Position numbers and translations under genes: made by a program. The notes beneath the pieces are model-generated. The model ran no database searches. It was given only the letters and a program-made list of their open reading frames with translations, and was not told where the DNA came from. Below are positions 25,101 to 38,942 of a DNA stretch of 64,000 nucleotides, piece by piece. The stretch covers positions 89,528,001-89,592,000 of the forward strand of contig OZ024740.1 of NCBI GenBank assembly GCA_964016885.1, read 5' to 3'. Within the stretch, counting starts at the first letter, position 1, and the number at the start of each line of letters is the position of its first letter. Origin of the DNA: Eledone cirrhosa (lineage: Eukaryota).

Positions 25101-27694
25101 GAATGCTGCGTTGTCAGATATAGAGCGCAGGCTCTCAGACACGAGGGGACAAAACTGTTCAACGGGCCCGAGTCGTCGGGCGCGACGTGGCAAGAAGTCC
25201 ACAATTCGTTCTTTGCCTGATAAAACGGGTGCATGTTGCTCGAACCCGAGCAGATGTGTGCGGCTTTTCAACAGCACTATGCTCAATTGTTCGGGAGCGA
25301 CGGGGGACCGGTTCGCAGTATGGAATTATGTGCATAACTCGACGGACTGCCGTGGCTCTCGACGACCGCAGCGGAGTGCTTCGAAAAGCCGATAACAGCA
25401 GATGAAATACGGGAAGCGATGTTTGACGTTACGAGGGGTAAATCACCAGGTTTGTATGGTCTACTCTATGAGCTTTATGCGTATATGCCAGACTTGCTCG
25501 GCGACCTCTTGATAGATGTCTACTGCAACTGGCAGCAAAACGGGAGCATTCCCAGTTTTGTGAGCCGGGGAACGGTGGCGCTGCTGAGAAAAGTCCCGAA
25601 CAAAGGGGACGTTATAGGCTACTTCAGGCCCATAACTCTGCTAATCGCACAGTTTAAGATTTTATCCAAAGTATTAGCAAAGAGTCTGGTGCTTGTGGTC
25701 GGTCATCTGGTAGGAGAAGCCCAGATATGCGCCATTCCGGACAGATCAATCCACGACAACCTCCAACTCATGCGATAGAGCTTAGAGAGTGTGGTTAAGG
25801 AAACTGGCACGGGTGGGGCCCTTATTAACTTGGATCAATCTAAAAGCATTTGATAGGTTCGACCATTGGTACCTCGCTGCGGTCCTCTAGGCGGCCGGCT
25901 TCGGGCCCGTTTTTAGGGGCTGGATCGCTGCGATGCACAGCGGTATCTGCTCGATTGTGAGGGTGACTGGTCACCTGTCACAGCCTTTCAGCATCATGCG
26001 CTCGGTCCGCCAGGGTTGCACCCTCTCGTCCCTCTTGAACGTACTGGCCCTTGAGCCGTTACTTCACAAATTGGAGACGGTGATGGGGGTCCCACGCGAA
26101 CTAAGTGCGGGAGATCCGTGTCAGCTTACGCCGACGACGTCACCTTGGTGGTGTCAAGCACCAAACACGTCCAGATGCTCGACACCGCTCTAACGGAATA
26201 CGAAGCGGTGACAGGAGCAAAGATAAAACAGCAAAAGTCGATGGACTTGCAACTCGGCACCTGGAGAGGCAAGTCCATGCCGTCCGACAGCGTCGTGGGG
26301 CGCTGGACGAGAGTAACTGATGAATTGCTCGGGGTGTGGTTAGGTGCGGACCTCCAGATGGAGGAAAACTGGAGCTAGGTGATGAACAGGGTAGCCTGTC
26401 TCACCCACAAATGGGACCAGAGGAGGCTGTCTCGTAAAGGTCGCGAGGAGGTGGCGAATGCGTACATAGCGTCCGTCATCTGCTACCGCCTGACTGTCGT
26501 ACCTTGCTCCCACCCAACTCTGACCAAAATGGAGCGCCTTATCTTCCGCTTTTTGTGGAAGAGACGTGCTCCCGTGGTTAGACGATCCATTTGCTGTCAA
26601 CACCCTTTGCCTGGAGGACTAGGCATGCGTTGAGGCTGCGGCATCTCTGGTGCTTCCTTGACGGTGAACAGGTGTGGTAGCCGTTTGCCAGACGCGCTTT
26701 TCCCCAGCTCGACTCCTTGACGGAGCTGCAGTCCTGGATCAGTAAAAGACCGAGGGATAACGCTTGGAAGCTGGAATGTCTCCAGGATCTCACCACCCTC
26801 TACCAGCTGGGCCCTAGTATCGGTGGAACATACACCTCGGCGTTCTATAGAGGGCTACTGGAGGGAAAGAGCGACGGTGTTCTCGGGGAGAGCCTGGACG
26901 ACGAAGACGATCAATGTTCGCCCTCTTCAAGAGAACATCCAGACCGCGGCCTATGCACAACTTCCAGAAATCCCTGGACTAACAGTGTACCGGGGAGCGT
27001 TGCCGGTTCGGGATAAGCTCGACAAGTAGGGAGGTTCTGTCAGCCGAGACCCTGTCCGAGATGCGCGCATGGCGACGAAACCGTCCTGCATGTATTCGTT
27101 CAGTGCCCCAGCATTTCTGACTTGTGGAGCTATGTCTACCAGCTGCTGTCGCGTGTAGGATGGATCGGTTATCGACTGAGTCCATTGTGCAGATTTGCCG
27201 CTCCATCCTCCTTTAAAGAGAAGGAAGGGCGGGTAGTTTTCATGCCTGGTGGCCTTGGCGATAGAGATTGTTTGGTGGCCAAGGTTGAAAGGGTCGTAGA
27301 CGGACACTTTCCTTTTCGACCAATCCCTGATTAACTTTTTCAAGTTTTACTTGAAGAGTAAAATCAGGGTGGAGAGGGAAGTGCTGTCTTCTAGTAAGTT
27401 TGTTGAAAGGTGGGAGAAAGTGGCGAGTCTGGTCCGAATGAACGGGCCCGCCCTGAGTATGTGCCTGTAGACTGAGGAGAGGGAAACCTGAGAGAGGGCG
27501 CTTGCCCTGGTAGTTAAGGTGGCCGTGGCCTTTTTGTGGGGAACTTTTGTTGTTTGAATTTTTTGGGATTTCTAACACAATTTTGTTAGAACCTGTTTGC
27601 AACGACCCAAACCCACCTTGTATCGGCCTGTACTGTTCTGTACCGTCTCTAATTTTTTTCTTCGTGTTAGTCCCTTATGGCCAATAAAGAAACC
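22200..27694 (+). mobile_element. L1/Tx1-like LINE, near full length and decayed: ORF1 (CCHC), ORF2 from 24077 (APE, RT, zinc finger), 3'UTR, then (ATT)n
   Basis: PKC*ICGQKGH..FCP; INVRGLG..DVVAISET; KSPG..GL..E; FRPITLL; SVRQGC.LS; SAYADD; ETVLH.FVQC; AATAAA then ATT repeats. Confidence 0.9.
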
Positions 27695-28399
27695 ATTATT
27701 ATTATTATTTATTGTTGACGCACATATATGAAGATGTACAAGTCTGCGGGGGAAAAGGTTCACAACCTTAAGCTGTTTCAAAATATCATTTTGTATATTG
27801 TATTGTCGTTAACGAAGCATAAGGTACCCACCTTGGTTCCAAGGAAGGGAGACCTCTCAATATCGGGCTTTAAGCCCGAATATTCAGATTTAGCTTTAAA
27901 AAACTCGAAGTAAATCGGTTCCCCACCCCAAAAAATAATGAAAATGTTCGACCTTGATATGGTAAACAACGTACAATCAAAAGTTCAAAAACAGCCACGA
28001 TAGATCTTACCACAAAAAAAAAAAAAAAAAAAATGATTATAAATCCTGGAAAACTGTAAGTCCAGTGTTGGAGAAAAAAAAACAAAACAAGGGATTGACA
28101 CTCCAAATTCACTATTTTCCTTTTATTTTGCTCCACTTTTCAAATTAAATGACACGACGGTTCAGTTATATTCAAATATTGTAAGCGCGTCCATTGAGAA
28201 TATCGTCTTTGACAAACTGCTCAGTTGCTCGCATGTATGCGTGCTGAATTCTGGGTCTTTCCTCTGGGAACAACTTCTTGTTCCTCCCTCCCTTTTTCAT
28301 CCATTCACTCATTCATTTACTGCCATTCTACCTTCCTCTGTCTCCCCCTCCATGCAGCCCCTTTTCGCTCTCGTTTTCTGGCACCTCCATATATATAGT

Positions 28400-31300
28400 T
28401 GAGCTATGCTGCCTTCTTACCAGCACTTTCCCTTCCAACCACAGACACCAGCCACCCACCCCTGATGCCGCTCGGTGCCCCAGTCCCTGGCCCTACTCCC
28501 CAACCCCACCCCTCCAAATCGACACTTGCAGAACTTGCGGCACTACTAACAAACGGAAGAGGGGCCGGAACGGTTTGGGGTGCCGCTGCTTCCAACACCT
28601 CACCTGCGATGGCTTGACTCGTCGAGCTTCCAATGCCCTTGCAGCCTGGAGATGCAGGAGCTGCCTCTTCCCCAGGTCTTCCCAGCCACGGTCGTCTGGC
28701 ACACCACCAGAGGGGACAGCGAGCTTGCCTGACGCCCGAGCCTCGCTGGTCAACATCGCTCGGCTCAGACCGCTCCGGAAGATCCCACTCCGGATCCCGA
28801 GAGCGGCACGGGTGCCGGTAGCCGATGCCCTCTCTTCCTCGATTGAGAGCGCCCTGTACTCCAATCGAGCCAGTGACTGGGAGCGGCTGTTCTATTTCGC
28901 CCCACTCGCCCTCGGCCTCCCCAGCTCTGGCGCTGACCGGGCGGGCCGGTCAACAGCAGCCTTCGTCAAGGCCAATGTCTCGTCATTTGGGCGAGCGCCT
29001 ATTCCAAGCATGCCCAGGGACGCCACACACCCCACCCTCAGGTACCCCCTATCCTCCACCCCGAGGCCAGCGACAAGCGTTTGAGTGACCAGGTAAACGG
29101 AAGCTTATCATGGGTGATGTCTCGGCCGCAGTCAGAGATGTTGCCTCAGAGGACACTGTCCTCCAACCCACCGAGGAGATCCTGGCCGCGCTGCAGCTCA
29201 AAGACCCTGAGCCACCCACTGATCTCAGACCCATACCCCCACCCGACCCCCACCTGTTCCTTGTGGCTACTGATGCAGATACCATGTCTGCCATCAGATC
29301 CTTCCCAGCTAGCAGCTACGGAGGTGTTCATGGTCTCCAACCAGGCCACCTCAAGGAGTTGACATCCCCCTCACTGCTGAGGGCGGGCGCCGCCTTCTGA
29401 GTGCAATTATGGCGCTCACCAATAGACTCATCATGGTGCCCTCGACCCTTACGACCGAGGCCTAATTTCTTCGGCCAGCCTCACCGCTCTCAGGAAGAAA
29501 GAGGGTGGCATACGCCCCATTGCTGTGAGCAATGTCTTCCGGAGGCTGGCTGCCAAGGTGATCTGCAAGTCCGTTACGCACGAACTGGGTGAGGAGTTTA
29601 GACCGGTGCAACTGGGTGTTGGCGTGTCTGGTGGTTGTGAGGGAGCCTCTCATGCGATCAGGCAGTTCTTCAGCAGCTCCCCATCGGTACCAGCATCCAC
29701 GGACTCCAGGCACCTCATTGTCAAGCTTGACATGAGGAATGCCTTTAACTATTTACGCCGTGATCATCTGCTCAAGGTCTGCCTCAGCCGAGCCCCCTCT
29801 GCCTACCCGCTGGCCTACATGTCATATGCAGCCCCGAGCATGCTCCTAGCTGCTGATACGGTCATACCCTCGGCTACTAGGGTCCAACATAGCGACCCTT
29901 TGGGACCCCTCCTGTTCGCCCTTGGTATTGACCACATCGCCCGGATTATCAGGGCCCTTTTCAACGTTTGGTATATGGATGATGATACGTTGAGCGGGCC
30001 CGTACGGCCGGTCTGCCAAGACCTTCTATCAGTGATTCCTTCCCTGGCGGGAATCGGCCTCCAGGTCAACTCGGCCAAGTCGGAGGTGGTGAACGTCAGC
30101 CTCGATGCTGTGAGCTTTTCAGCCTCCTTCTTGGACGTGCGGTCCTTTCTCCGCCAGGTTCAGGTGACCCCCAAAGAGGATATACTCATCCTCGGGTTAC
30201 CGATCTACCTGCCGGCCATCCGCTCCACCATCAGGTCCAGGCTTCAAAAACTCCAGACTCTCACGAGCCGACTGGGCTTGATTGACGGCCACCCAGCTCT
30301 CTTTCTGCTGAGGAACTGCTTCGCCATGCCTCTATACACTCCACAGGGCTCCATGCTACACCCAGACATCTCTCCTCGCTGACCTCGATACTTGTATCCG
30401 AGCAGCAGCCGAGGGGATATGCAACGTCTAGCTTGACGACATAGGGTCGCAACAGGCCACTTTACCGGTCAGGTATGGCGGCCTAGGCCTGCGGTCCCCG
30501 ATCTCACTAGCTTTGCCGGTGAATCCTCGTCAGCCGGGTTCTTCAGCCGGGTTCTTCAAAACACAACAGAACCCTCTGTGTTCAGAGAACGTGAGGCCAC
30601 CTGTGAGACGTGGGACCGGCTGGGACTTATCCCAGTGGACGTCCCTCCTCCTTCTCCTCCTGTTGACGTCAAATCACCCCAACGCACTTGGGATTCTATC
30701 CAGTGCAGCCTGGCCTCAGACATGGTCACGCGCCAGCTCGACCAGCACCGTCTTGCTTGTTTTCGTGCCGCCTCCAAACCCCACAGTCGTGCCTGGCTCC
30801 ATGCTCTGCCCTCCTTCTCCACTGGCACGCAGCTAGACAACCATAGCCTGCGAATCGGCGTTTCCCTGAGGCTCGGCCTCCGGATCTTCCAGCCACACCG
30901 ATGTCGCTGCGATTCCACCGTGGACTGTGTTCGGCCTCCACCCGCTTTCCTGACGCCACAGTGCCGGCCGCATTCAACGCCATACTGCCCTCAACGAGGT
31001 CATTAAACATGGCTTGGACGCTGGAGGCTTCCCTTCCCAGCTCGAGCCGGTGGGCCTGGATCGAGGGGACGCCAAAAGGCCGGATGGCATGACCATCTTC
31101 CCGTTCCGCGGTGGCAAACCCCTCGTCTGGGATGCCACTTGCGCCGACACTTTCTTCAGCCGCAACCTGGTGCAGTCTGCGACTGAACCAGGTTCTGCTG
31201 CACGTCGGGCTGAGGGGGCCAAACTCCTCAAATACCGGTCGCTCTCCGACAGTTTTGCGGTCGTTCCCCTGGCAGTGGAGACTTCTGGTGTCCTCGTCCC

Positions 31301-31475
31301 CAGGGCTACCTCCTTACTCACCACCATAGGCGCTAAGCTGGCCAGCCGAAGGTGTGAGCCCCGCGATTTGGAGTGGCCTTTCCAGCGCGTTTTCCTTGCC
31401 GTCCTCCGGGCAAACGCTTACTCCATTCTGGCCGCCGGGGCACTGGGTGGGCCCCATCGCGTACCATTACATTAG
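28400..31475 (+). mobile_element. CRE-clade-like non-LTR element (PHD-like finger, RT, restriction-like endonuclease), GC-rich, frameshifted
   Basis: CRTC...C.C..HLTC...WRCRSC; RPIAV..VFRRL; QLGVG..GGCE; KLDMRNAFN; DPLGPLLF; WYMDD; KRPDG...WDATC...K..KY...AVETSG. Confidence 0.85.
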
Positions 31476-31479
31476 TTAA

Positions 31480-34400
31480 ATACCATTCTTTCATCTCAAA
31501 CAATAACAGGAATTTTACACTGTTGTGTAACTGTCGACCCATTGAGTGCTTTGTGAATGCCCCAAACTACTACTACTACAGACATGCCTGTTTCCATTCC
31601 ACTGAATGTGAAGGCAAAACACAAAGTTACCATCACAACCGCTCCCTTCTGTGATAGTAGCAGTACCATCACTAAACGACATAACCACCACCACCACAAC
31701 CGCCACCGCCACAACAACAACTCAGAACAACAACGACAATAACACCGACAGCCTCAATGTAAACACTGATGGCGGTGGCAACAGCAACACCAAACAAAAC
31801 AAAAACAACACCAACAACAACACCAACAACAAGACAACACCAACAACAAGAGCAACATAGGCACCACATTTGCAGCAGCAGCAGCGAAAACAAAACGCTT
31901 TTTCAATGTTGATATTAGCGATAATGAACAACAGTTGGCCCAGGCGTGGCGGTTAATTAAACGGGAGAAGTCCTGGGCAAACCTGACCATCCCGGACGGA
32001 GCAATTGCGGCCATGCAAAGGCTGACGGTGTACTTTCGATGCATTTCTGTGCAGACACGCAAAGTGGAACTTGCCAGCCAAGCAGAGGTCGAGGCTGCTT
32101 TGAAGTCCATCGGATATGACATCGAGTATAAAGCAAGGGCCAAGCAGTTCGGTACCATCCGGTACTATTCAACACAGTGGCCCTCCTGATTAAGCACTCG
32201 GAAACCCCTGCAGAATGGAATGCATTATCATGCACCTGTCCTATATGCGCAAAAGGAAAGTAAAGATCCGCATTCCCAGGATCCCACCAGGAATGAACCT
32301 ATGGTTGCCCCTGGGGTGTGTAATCGAGGAGGGGACAAACACTACCCTGCTGGATATCAAAAGTACAGAGAGAGAAGACTGGTTCGGAATGGATTTGTAG
32401 ATTTTTCTCCAAATGAAACCAGAGGACATAAACAACATGCCGGATTTTGCTCGCCTGCTGGACGGGACAACAATCCAATTAATTGCTTCGTCTGCGGGGA
32501 GCAATGGATCTGCGAGCCTTCTGCCCTCAGCTCAAAAATGCAGGGTGTCGCAAACCTTCTATCTTTCCAACGGCCGTGTCAGCAGGGAAAGCTACACCAC
32601 CACCATCAAAATCAACACCAACAATGAAATGGATAACCCCACCAACATCAAAAACAGTCGGACCACCACCAGCACCGAAACCAATCCAAGGGGAAAACGA
32701 GGAAAGCTCTCCCACTCCCTCTACCCCTCCAATTATACACATAGACAAAACAATAAATGTACACACAGACACAAATACACGCACAGCCCCAGACCCTTTG
32801 TCTTCCAGCAGTGAAGATGAAGGAAAACCCAAAAGTGCAAAAAAAAAAACAAAAGAGAAAACTCACCAAAAAGCCCCAACAGAACAAAAACATACACAAT
32901 AAAAACTACAGACACCACTAACGCAAACACTTCCCCAATAACATCAACACCAACTATAACATCAACACCACCCCCACAATCTCCGAAACGCAAACAACCT
33001 AAACAAACACAAGAACAAATAAACACACAGACACCTGAAATTGCAGACACCACACTTACAACCAACACAGGCATACCCGAAACAAAATCACCAAAACCAT
33101 CACCACCACAGTCACCAAAAGGAACACAAATAAAACCACACCAACAAAACATTAAAACTTCGTGCTTGTCAGAAGGGTCAACGATAAATTGATGGCCCTC
33201 TTAGCACGAAGCGAGGACATCCAAACAGAGGTGGAGATCTTTGAATGGAACACATTTTGCGTGCCAGAAGATTTGCTTCTGGTGCGAATGTCGCTCGATT
33301 CCTACAAATAAATTCGAGAGAGCTTTCCTCAAGACGTGGGAACCCCGAATGTGAAACCCACATCAAAACCATTAAGGGGTTCCCAAAAGAAACACCACCA
33401 ACCATGAAGGTCGAACCACCCGACCTTACAAGACCCCGGGAGGTAAGTAAACCTTCTCTCTCTCTTTTAGCTTGCCAACATTGCCATATTAAGAGTAGGG
33501 AGTTTAAATGTTCGCGCCTTGGGGTCACCCTGGAAGCAGGGTCACCTGCTCAATGAACTCAGGTCTCTGGAAATGGATGTGATTGCCGTCAGCGAGACCA
33601 GGATTTCCGACACATGTGCACTAGGCCCCATTTTCGATGACTATCAGATCTTCGCATCTTTAGCAGGCAGGGAATGGGAGGTGGGGTCGCAGTGCTGTTT
33701 AGGAAAGGTCTGGAACTAGAAGAAAGGTCGATCTTCTGGGAACCGAACGGTAGGTTGGTGGTCCTGGATGTGAGCGGTAGCGAAGGTGGTGCATTTAGAC
33801 TGCTGGCCATTTACGCCCCTACTGGGGCCGGCCGACCGGACTTCTTTAGGCTCCTGGAAAACTTTCTGGGTATGTCTCGCCCTCTACTGTTAGCGGGGAA
33901 CTGGAACGGCATCTTAGACGCACGCTGGGATTGTGGGGGAGTAGCTGATAGGAGCGGTGGGTGCAAAAGCCTCAAACACCTAATCAACCAGTTCCAAATG
34001 TCTGACAGTTATCGACTAGATTTCCCCAGTGCGCAAGTGTGGACGTGGACCAACCGCCTAGGGTCATCTAGATCGTATATAGACAGGATCTTTATTAGGA
34101 AAATAGATAGAAATAGTGTAGGCTGCCCAATTTTTAAAACGTTCGCCTATTCAGATCAAACATTTATGATCTGTATAGTGGACCTAGATAAAACGCGTAG
34201 GTCAGGACCGGGCTACTGGAAGCTGATCATGTTATTTCGGGCATGTATGGCTTACAGGGACCGACTCAACAATTTAGTTAAGCAAAAGTTGATAGGGGGG
34301 ATCATCAACAACAGATGGTGGGGGGTCGAGCTCTCAAAAGAGAGATTAGAGTAACTTCGATAGAGTTCAGCAAAGAACTAACGTTAGAGAAAAATAGAAA

Positions 34401-36847
34401 TGAAGGGGAACTGGTAGATAAGTTAGACGAGGCTATTTGTAGTGGCATTGCAACTGACGTGCTAGCGGCGAGAATGGCATTAGATCATTTCTTCAATACG
34501 AAACACGAAGGTTGCGTTGTCAGAGCTAAGGCGCGTGCGCTGAGAAACGAGGGAATCAAAGCTGTTCGATCGGCCCGCATGGCAGAGGAACAGCGTGGTA
34601 ATAAAACGACGATTCGTTCTTTGGAAGACCGAGACGGACACGAGATAAGAGATTCCAAGCGGATGTGTGAGGCCTTTCGTCAGCACTTTGCTCGGTTGTT
34701 CGGGGAGAGTGGCGAGCCAGAGAGAGTACCTTGCCGCGCATCACGACGGTCGAGGCTGACGCTGCGAAAGGCCGGTTACTTCAGCCGAAATTCAGGACGG
34801 CCTTGTCGGCTGCATGAGGCGCAAGTCACCCGGTTTGGTTGGCCTGCACTACGAGAGTTACGTAAATATGCCAGACCTTTTCTTCGATCTCTTCGAAGCA
34901 CTCTACTGCAACTGGCAGCAGAATGGGAGTATTCTGTGAGTGAGGTAGTGGTGACACTGATGAGGAAAGACGAGAACAAGAGGGATACATTAGACAACTT
35001 CAGGCACATAACTCTGCTCAACACAGAGTTTAAGATGTTGGCCAAGGTGTTATGAAAGCGATTGGCGCTTGTCGTCAAGGATTTGGTTGGAGAGGCGCAA
35101 ACTAATATAATTCCAGCCAAGTCCATACGCGACAATCTCCACCTCATGCAATACATCATAGAGAGGGTAGGATGTAAACATGGCTTCGGTGGGGCACTGA
35201 TCAATTTAGATCAATCGAAAGCATTCGATAGGGTCGACCATCGGTATCTCGAACCGGGACGTGGAAAGGCGGTGTCGGCTTATGTGGACGACATCACCGT
35301 GATGGTGTCGGACACCTCAGAAATCGAGGTGGTCGGCACCTTACTGAAGGAATATGAAAGCTTGACAGGAGCGAAACTTAACCCGGAAAATTAGGTGAGC
35401 TTGCAACTGGGAACCTGGAGAGGCAAGCCCATGCCGTCCAACTGTCGTGGGGCGCTGGACGGACGGACCGGTAAAGTTGCTCGGGCTTTGGTTCGGACCA
35501 GACCTCCAGCTGGAAAAGAATGGTCGCGCGGAGGTGGCAAATGCGTACATCGCGTCCGTCATCTACTACCTCCTGACCGTCGTGCCTTGCCTCCCTTCGC
35601 GCCTCGTCAAGTTGGAACGGCTCCTTTTCAAATTATTGTGGAAAGGACAAGTTCCCTTGGTGAGGCGGTCCATCTGCTGCGAGCACCCTATATGCGGAGG
35701 GCTGGGCTTCCCGTGGCTAATGATGCGCAGGCAGGAGTTAAGGCTGCGATATCTCCAGATATTCTGCCTAAACGGTGAACAAGTGTGGTCGCCGTTTATC
35801 ACACTGAACTTTCCGCAGCTCGTTTCTTTGACTGAGTTGCAGTCCTGGGTCAAGAAGAGACCGAGACTGGGTGACTGGCACCTGGAATTTTGCCAGGCAC
35901 TCACTGCCCTCTACCAAGCGGGCAATGCGATCGGTGGATCTTCCACTCTCAAGTTCTATGGAGGATTAGTGGTTAGCAAGTGCAATTTCACACTCGGAGA
36001 AGCTTTGCGACTCGACGAAGTCGAACTGACCAGTCTGTACCGGAGGACTTTAAGGCGGGGATGACGGATCATTTCCAGAAATCCCTCGCTTGGTAGTGCT
36101 ACGGGAGGCACTACCGGTTCGGGGTAAAATCTACAAGCACGGAAGTGCTGTAAGACGGACCTGCCAAGATGCGCACAGAGCGACGAAACCGTTCTGCACG
36201 CAGTTGTCTAATGTCCGTGCATTAATGACTTGTTGAGTCATGTCGAACAACTATTGTCGCGTGTGGAACGGATCCGGCTAGCGGCCGATTCCATAATGAA
36301 GATCGTCCCGCCGCCTTCCTTAGGTCAGGAATAGCAGGCAATTTTCCTCTGTCTGCTAGCCGTTGTGAAAGAGGCTATATGGGGCCCAGATTAAAAGGAC
36401 TGAAGAGACACTTTTCTTTTCGGCCAATCCCTCATCAACTTCTTCAAGTTTCACCTGGAAAGGAAGGTGAGGGTGGTGAGAGAAGTGCTGCCCCCCAGTA
36501 CATTTGCTAAAAGGTGGATGAATGTGGTGAGAATGGCCCGTGTGAATGGGCCTACTCTGACCATGCGCCTATAGGCTAGCTAACTTGAGGAGAGGGATGA
36601 TCTCCCTGGGTGCCCTAGAAGCGCAGGGTGGTTCGGGATTGGTGGTGTACCTGAGTCACCCCTGCGTCCTCCCACCCCCCTATAGGGGAATTTACTTTGT
36701 TATATTTATGCATAATTTATTTTATATTTTATATCTTTATTGTTAAATTAGTCTTGCACTTGTGCACTTTTACTCAACCTTATTGTAAACACCCACTCTC
36801 CCTGTCTTTGTATTGTCCCCTACATGTCGGCACTTGTGGCTAATAAA
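31480..36847 (+). mobile_element. Second L1/Tx1-like LINE (diverged subfamily) with internal RT deletion near 35250
   Basis: ORF1 with CFVCG; APE (DVIAVSET, SYIDRIF); FRHITLLN; LDQSKAFDRVDH runs almost directly into SAYVDD; AATAAA at the 3' end. Confidence 0.88.
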
Positions 36848-37548
36848 TGGGCGTCGAAGAAGATCAGCTGTTTGCTCTCTTCTGGAGAACTTTCAGCCCA
36901 TGGCCTATGGATAACTTCTAAAAATCCCTGGCCTGGCAGTGCTACCGGGGACGACTTCCGGTTCGAGATAAGCTCTTCAGGCACGCAAGTGCCGTCAGCC
37001 GAGTCTGTCCGAGATGTGCGCAGAGCGACGAAACCGTCGTGCACGCACTCGTTCAGTGCCCGAGCATTGCTGACTTGTGGAGCTATGCCGAACAGTTGCT
37101 GTCGCGTGTAGGACTGATCCGGTTATCGACTGAGTCCATTGTGCAGATGGTCTCGCCATCTTCCTTCGATGAAGAAGGGCCGGCGGTCTTCGTCTGCCTG
37201 GTGTCCATGGCGAAAGAGATTGTGTGGTGGCCAAGGTTGAAAGGGTTAAAGATAGACACTTTCCTCTTAGGCGAATCCCTAATTAACTTTTTCAGTTGAA
37301 GAGGAAAATCAGGGTTGAGAGGCAAGTGCTGCCTTCTAGCAACTTTGTTGAAAGGTGGGTGAATGTATCGAGAATTGTCCAAGTGAACAGGAGCGCTCTG
37401 AATATACGTCTGTAGTTTGAAAAATGGAAAAATTGGGAGAGGGCGCTTGCCCTGGTGGTCAGGGTGGCCGTGGTCTTTTTTGTGGTTTTCGCCACGAGTA
37501 ATCCTCGGAGGTTTCAGCCCTGTTGAGGAATTGTGTGACCAACAGAAA

Positions 37549-37550
<2 letters not shown>
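36848..37550 (+). mobile_element. Third Tx1-like 3' fragment followed by (ATT)n
   Basis: CPRCAQSDETVVHALVQC; 3'UTR homologous to 27470-27540; ends GAAATC then (ATT)n. Confidence 0.85.
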
Positions 37551-37592
<42 letters not shown>

Positions 37593-37596
37593 AAAT

Positions 37597-37790
37597 GGGC
37601 GGAGAATTAGCAGTATAAGTAGAAGGTCGGACATCATGTTTCCCAGCATAGTTACATCTCTTTACGGTCTGAGTTCAAATCCCGCCAAGGTGAACTTTGC
37701 CTTTCATCCTTACGGGGTAGATAAAATAAAATACCAGTAATGCACTGGGTAATTTGCAGGTCTTATGCCAAAAGTATAAACAGTTATTAT
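37597..37790 (+). mobile_element. SINE family 1
   Basis: Homologous to 5107-5300. Confidence 0.88.
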
Positions 37791-38852
37791 AAAAGCGTAC
37801 TAGCGTCACTTCAGAACTGTGGTAAATGCACTCGGTCGTCCTTTTGAAGATTCGAAATACGAATGCTTACAGGGGCCGCCTACAACATTGTTCCATTCTC
37901 CGTGTGTATTTTCCTTATTTTCTGACATGTTATTTATAATGAGCTACTGTTATAATTTGAAATAGCCAGAATTGATTTTTGTAGTACAATATCTATATAG
38001 CCGTAAAGATAACATTTAATTTATTGGAGGTTTAAGACCATTTTGCGAGGGAGACTTGGGGGTTATAATGTTTATTATAACATATTCTTTGTGTATTCCA
38101 GGCAAAAAAGATACTTTTCGGAAATATTTAATTCTTAAATATTTAAGAAAATATTTTGTACTTCTATACATAAGACAATGTACCATAAAATATTGTTCAT
38201 ATGCATAATATGACAACTAAATTAAAACTTGATATTGTTGCTTCCTCACTCCACAAACACAATTGTATATATATATAAATAGTCTAAATCAATTCTTATA
38301 ATACGAAGGAACTTTTATTTCATACATCTCATTTAATTAATATGAAGCGCAAAATACAGTGCCGCTATAATTAATTGAACTCCCGTATTTATTGGATGTG
38401 AAATAAAGTACCTTGAATTTTACAATTTCTTAAAATAATCCTATTATGTTTTATGGATATTCGAATATGTTAATGCAATATATCATTTTGTCGTATTACC
38501 GAACGAATCTTTGAACTACATACTCTTCGATAAATTCATGGCGCCTTTGTTCTTAAATCCATGATTTTTTTTATTATAAAAAACAAGCTCGTAGACGTCA
38601 AATTAGTATTTAATGCATTATGAATAAATAACTTACATTTATATTCATTTAGTGTAAAGCTTACTAACGTTATTTATGAATTCATTTTCAGCGTGAAATC
38701 GTCAACCACATGTAAATATAACCAACGTTATGCGTATAATCTATTAATATACTTCAATATTTACGGCGAAATACATAAAATGCCTTCATTTTAAAACATA
38801 ATATTAAATAGTTGTAAAAATAACCTTATATATATATATATATACCTACACG

Positions 38853-38900
<48 letters not shown>

Positions 38901-38909
38901 TATATACCT

Positions 38910-38942
<33 letters not shown>

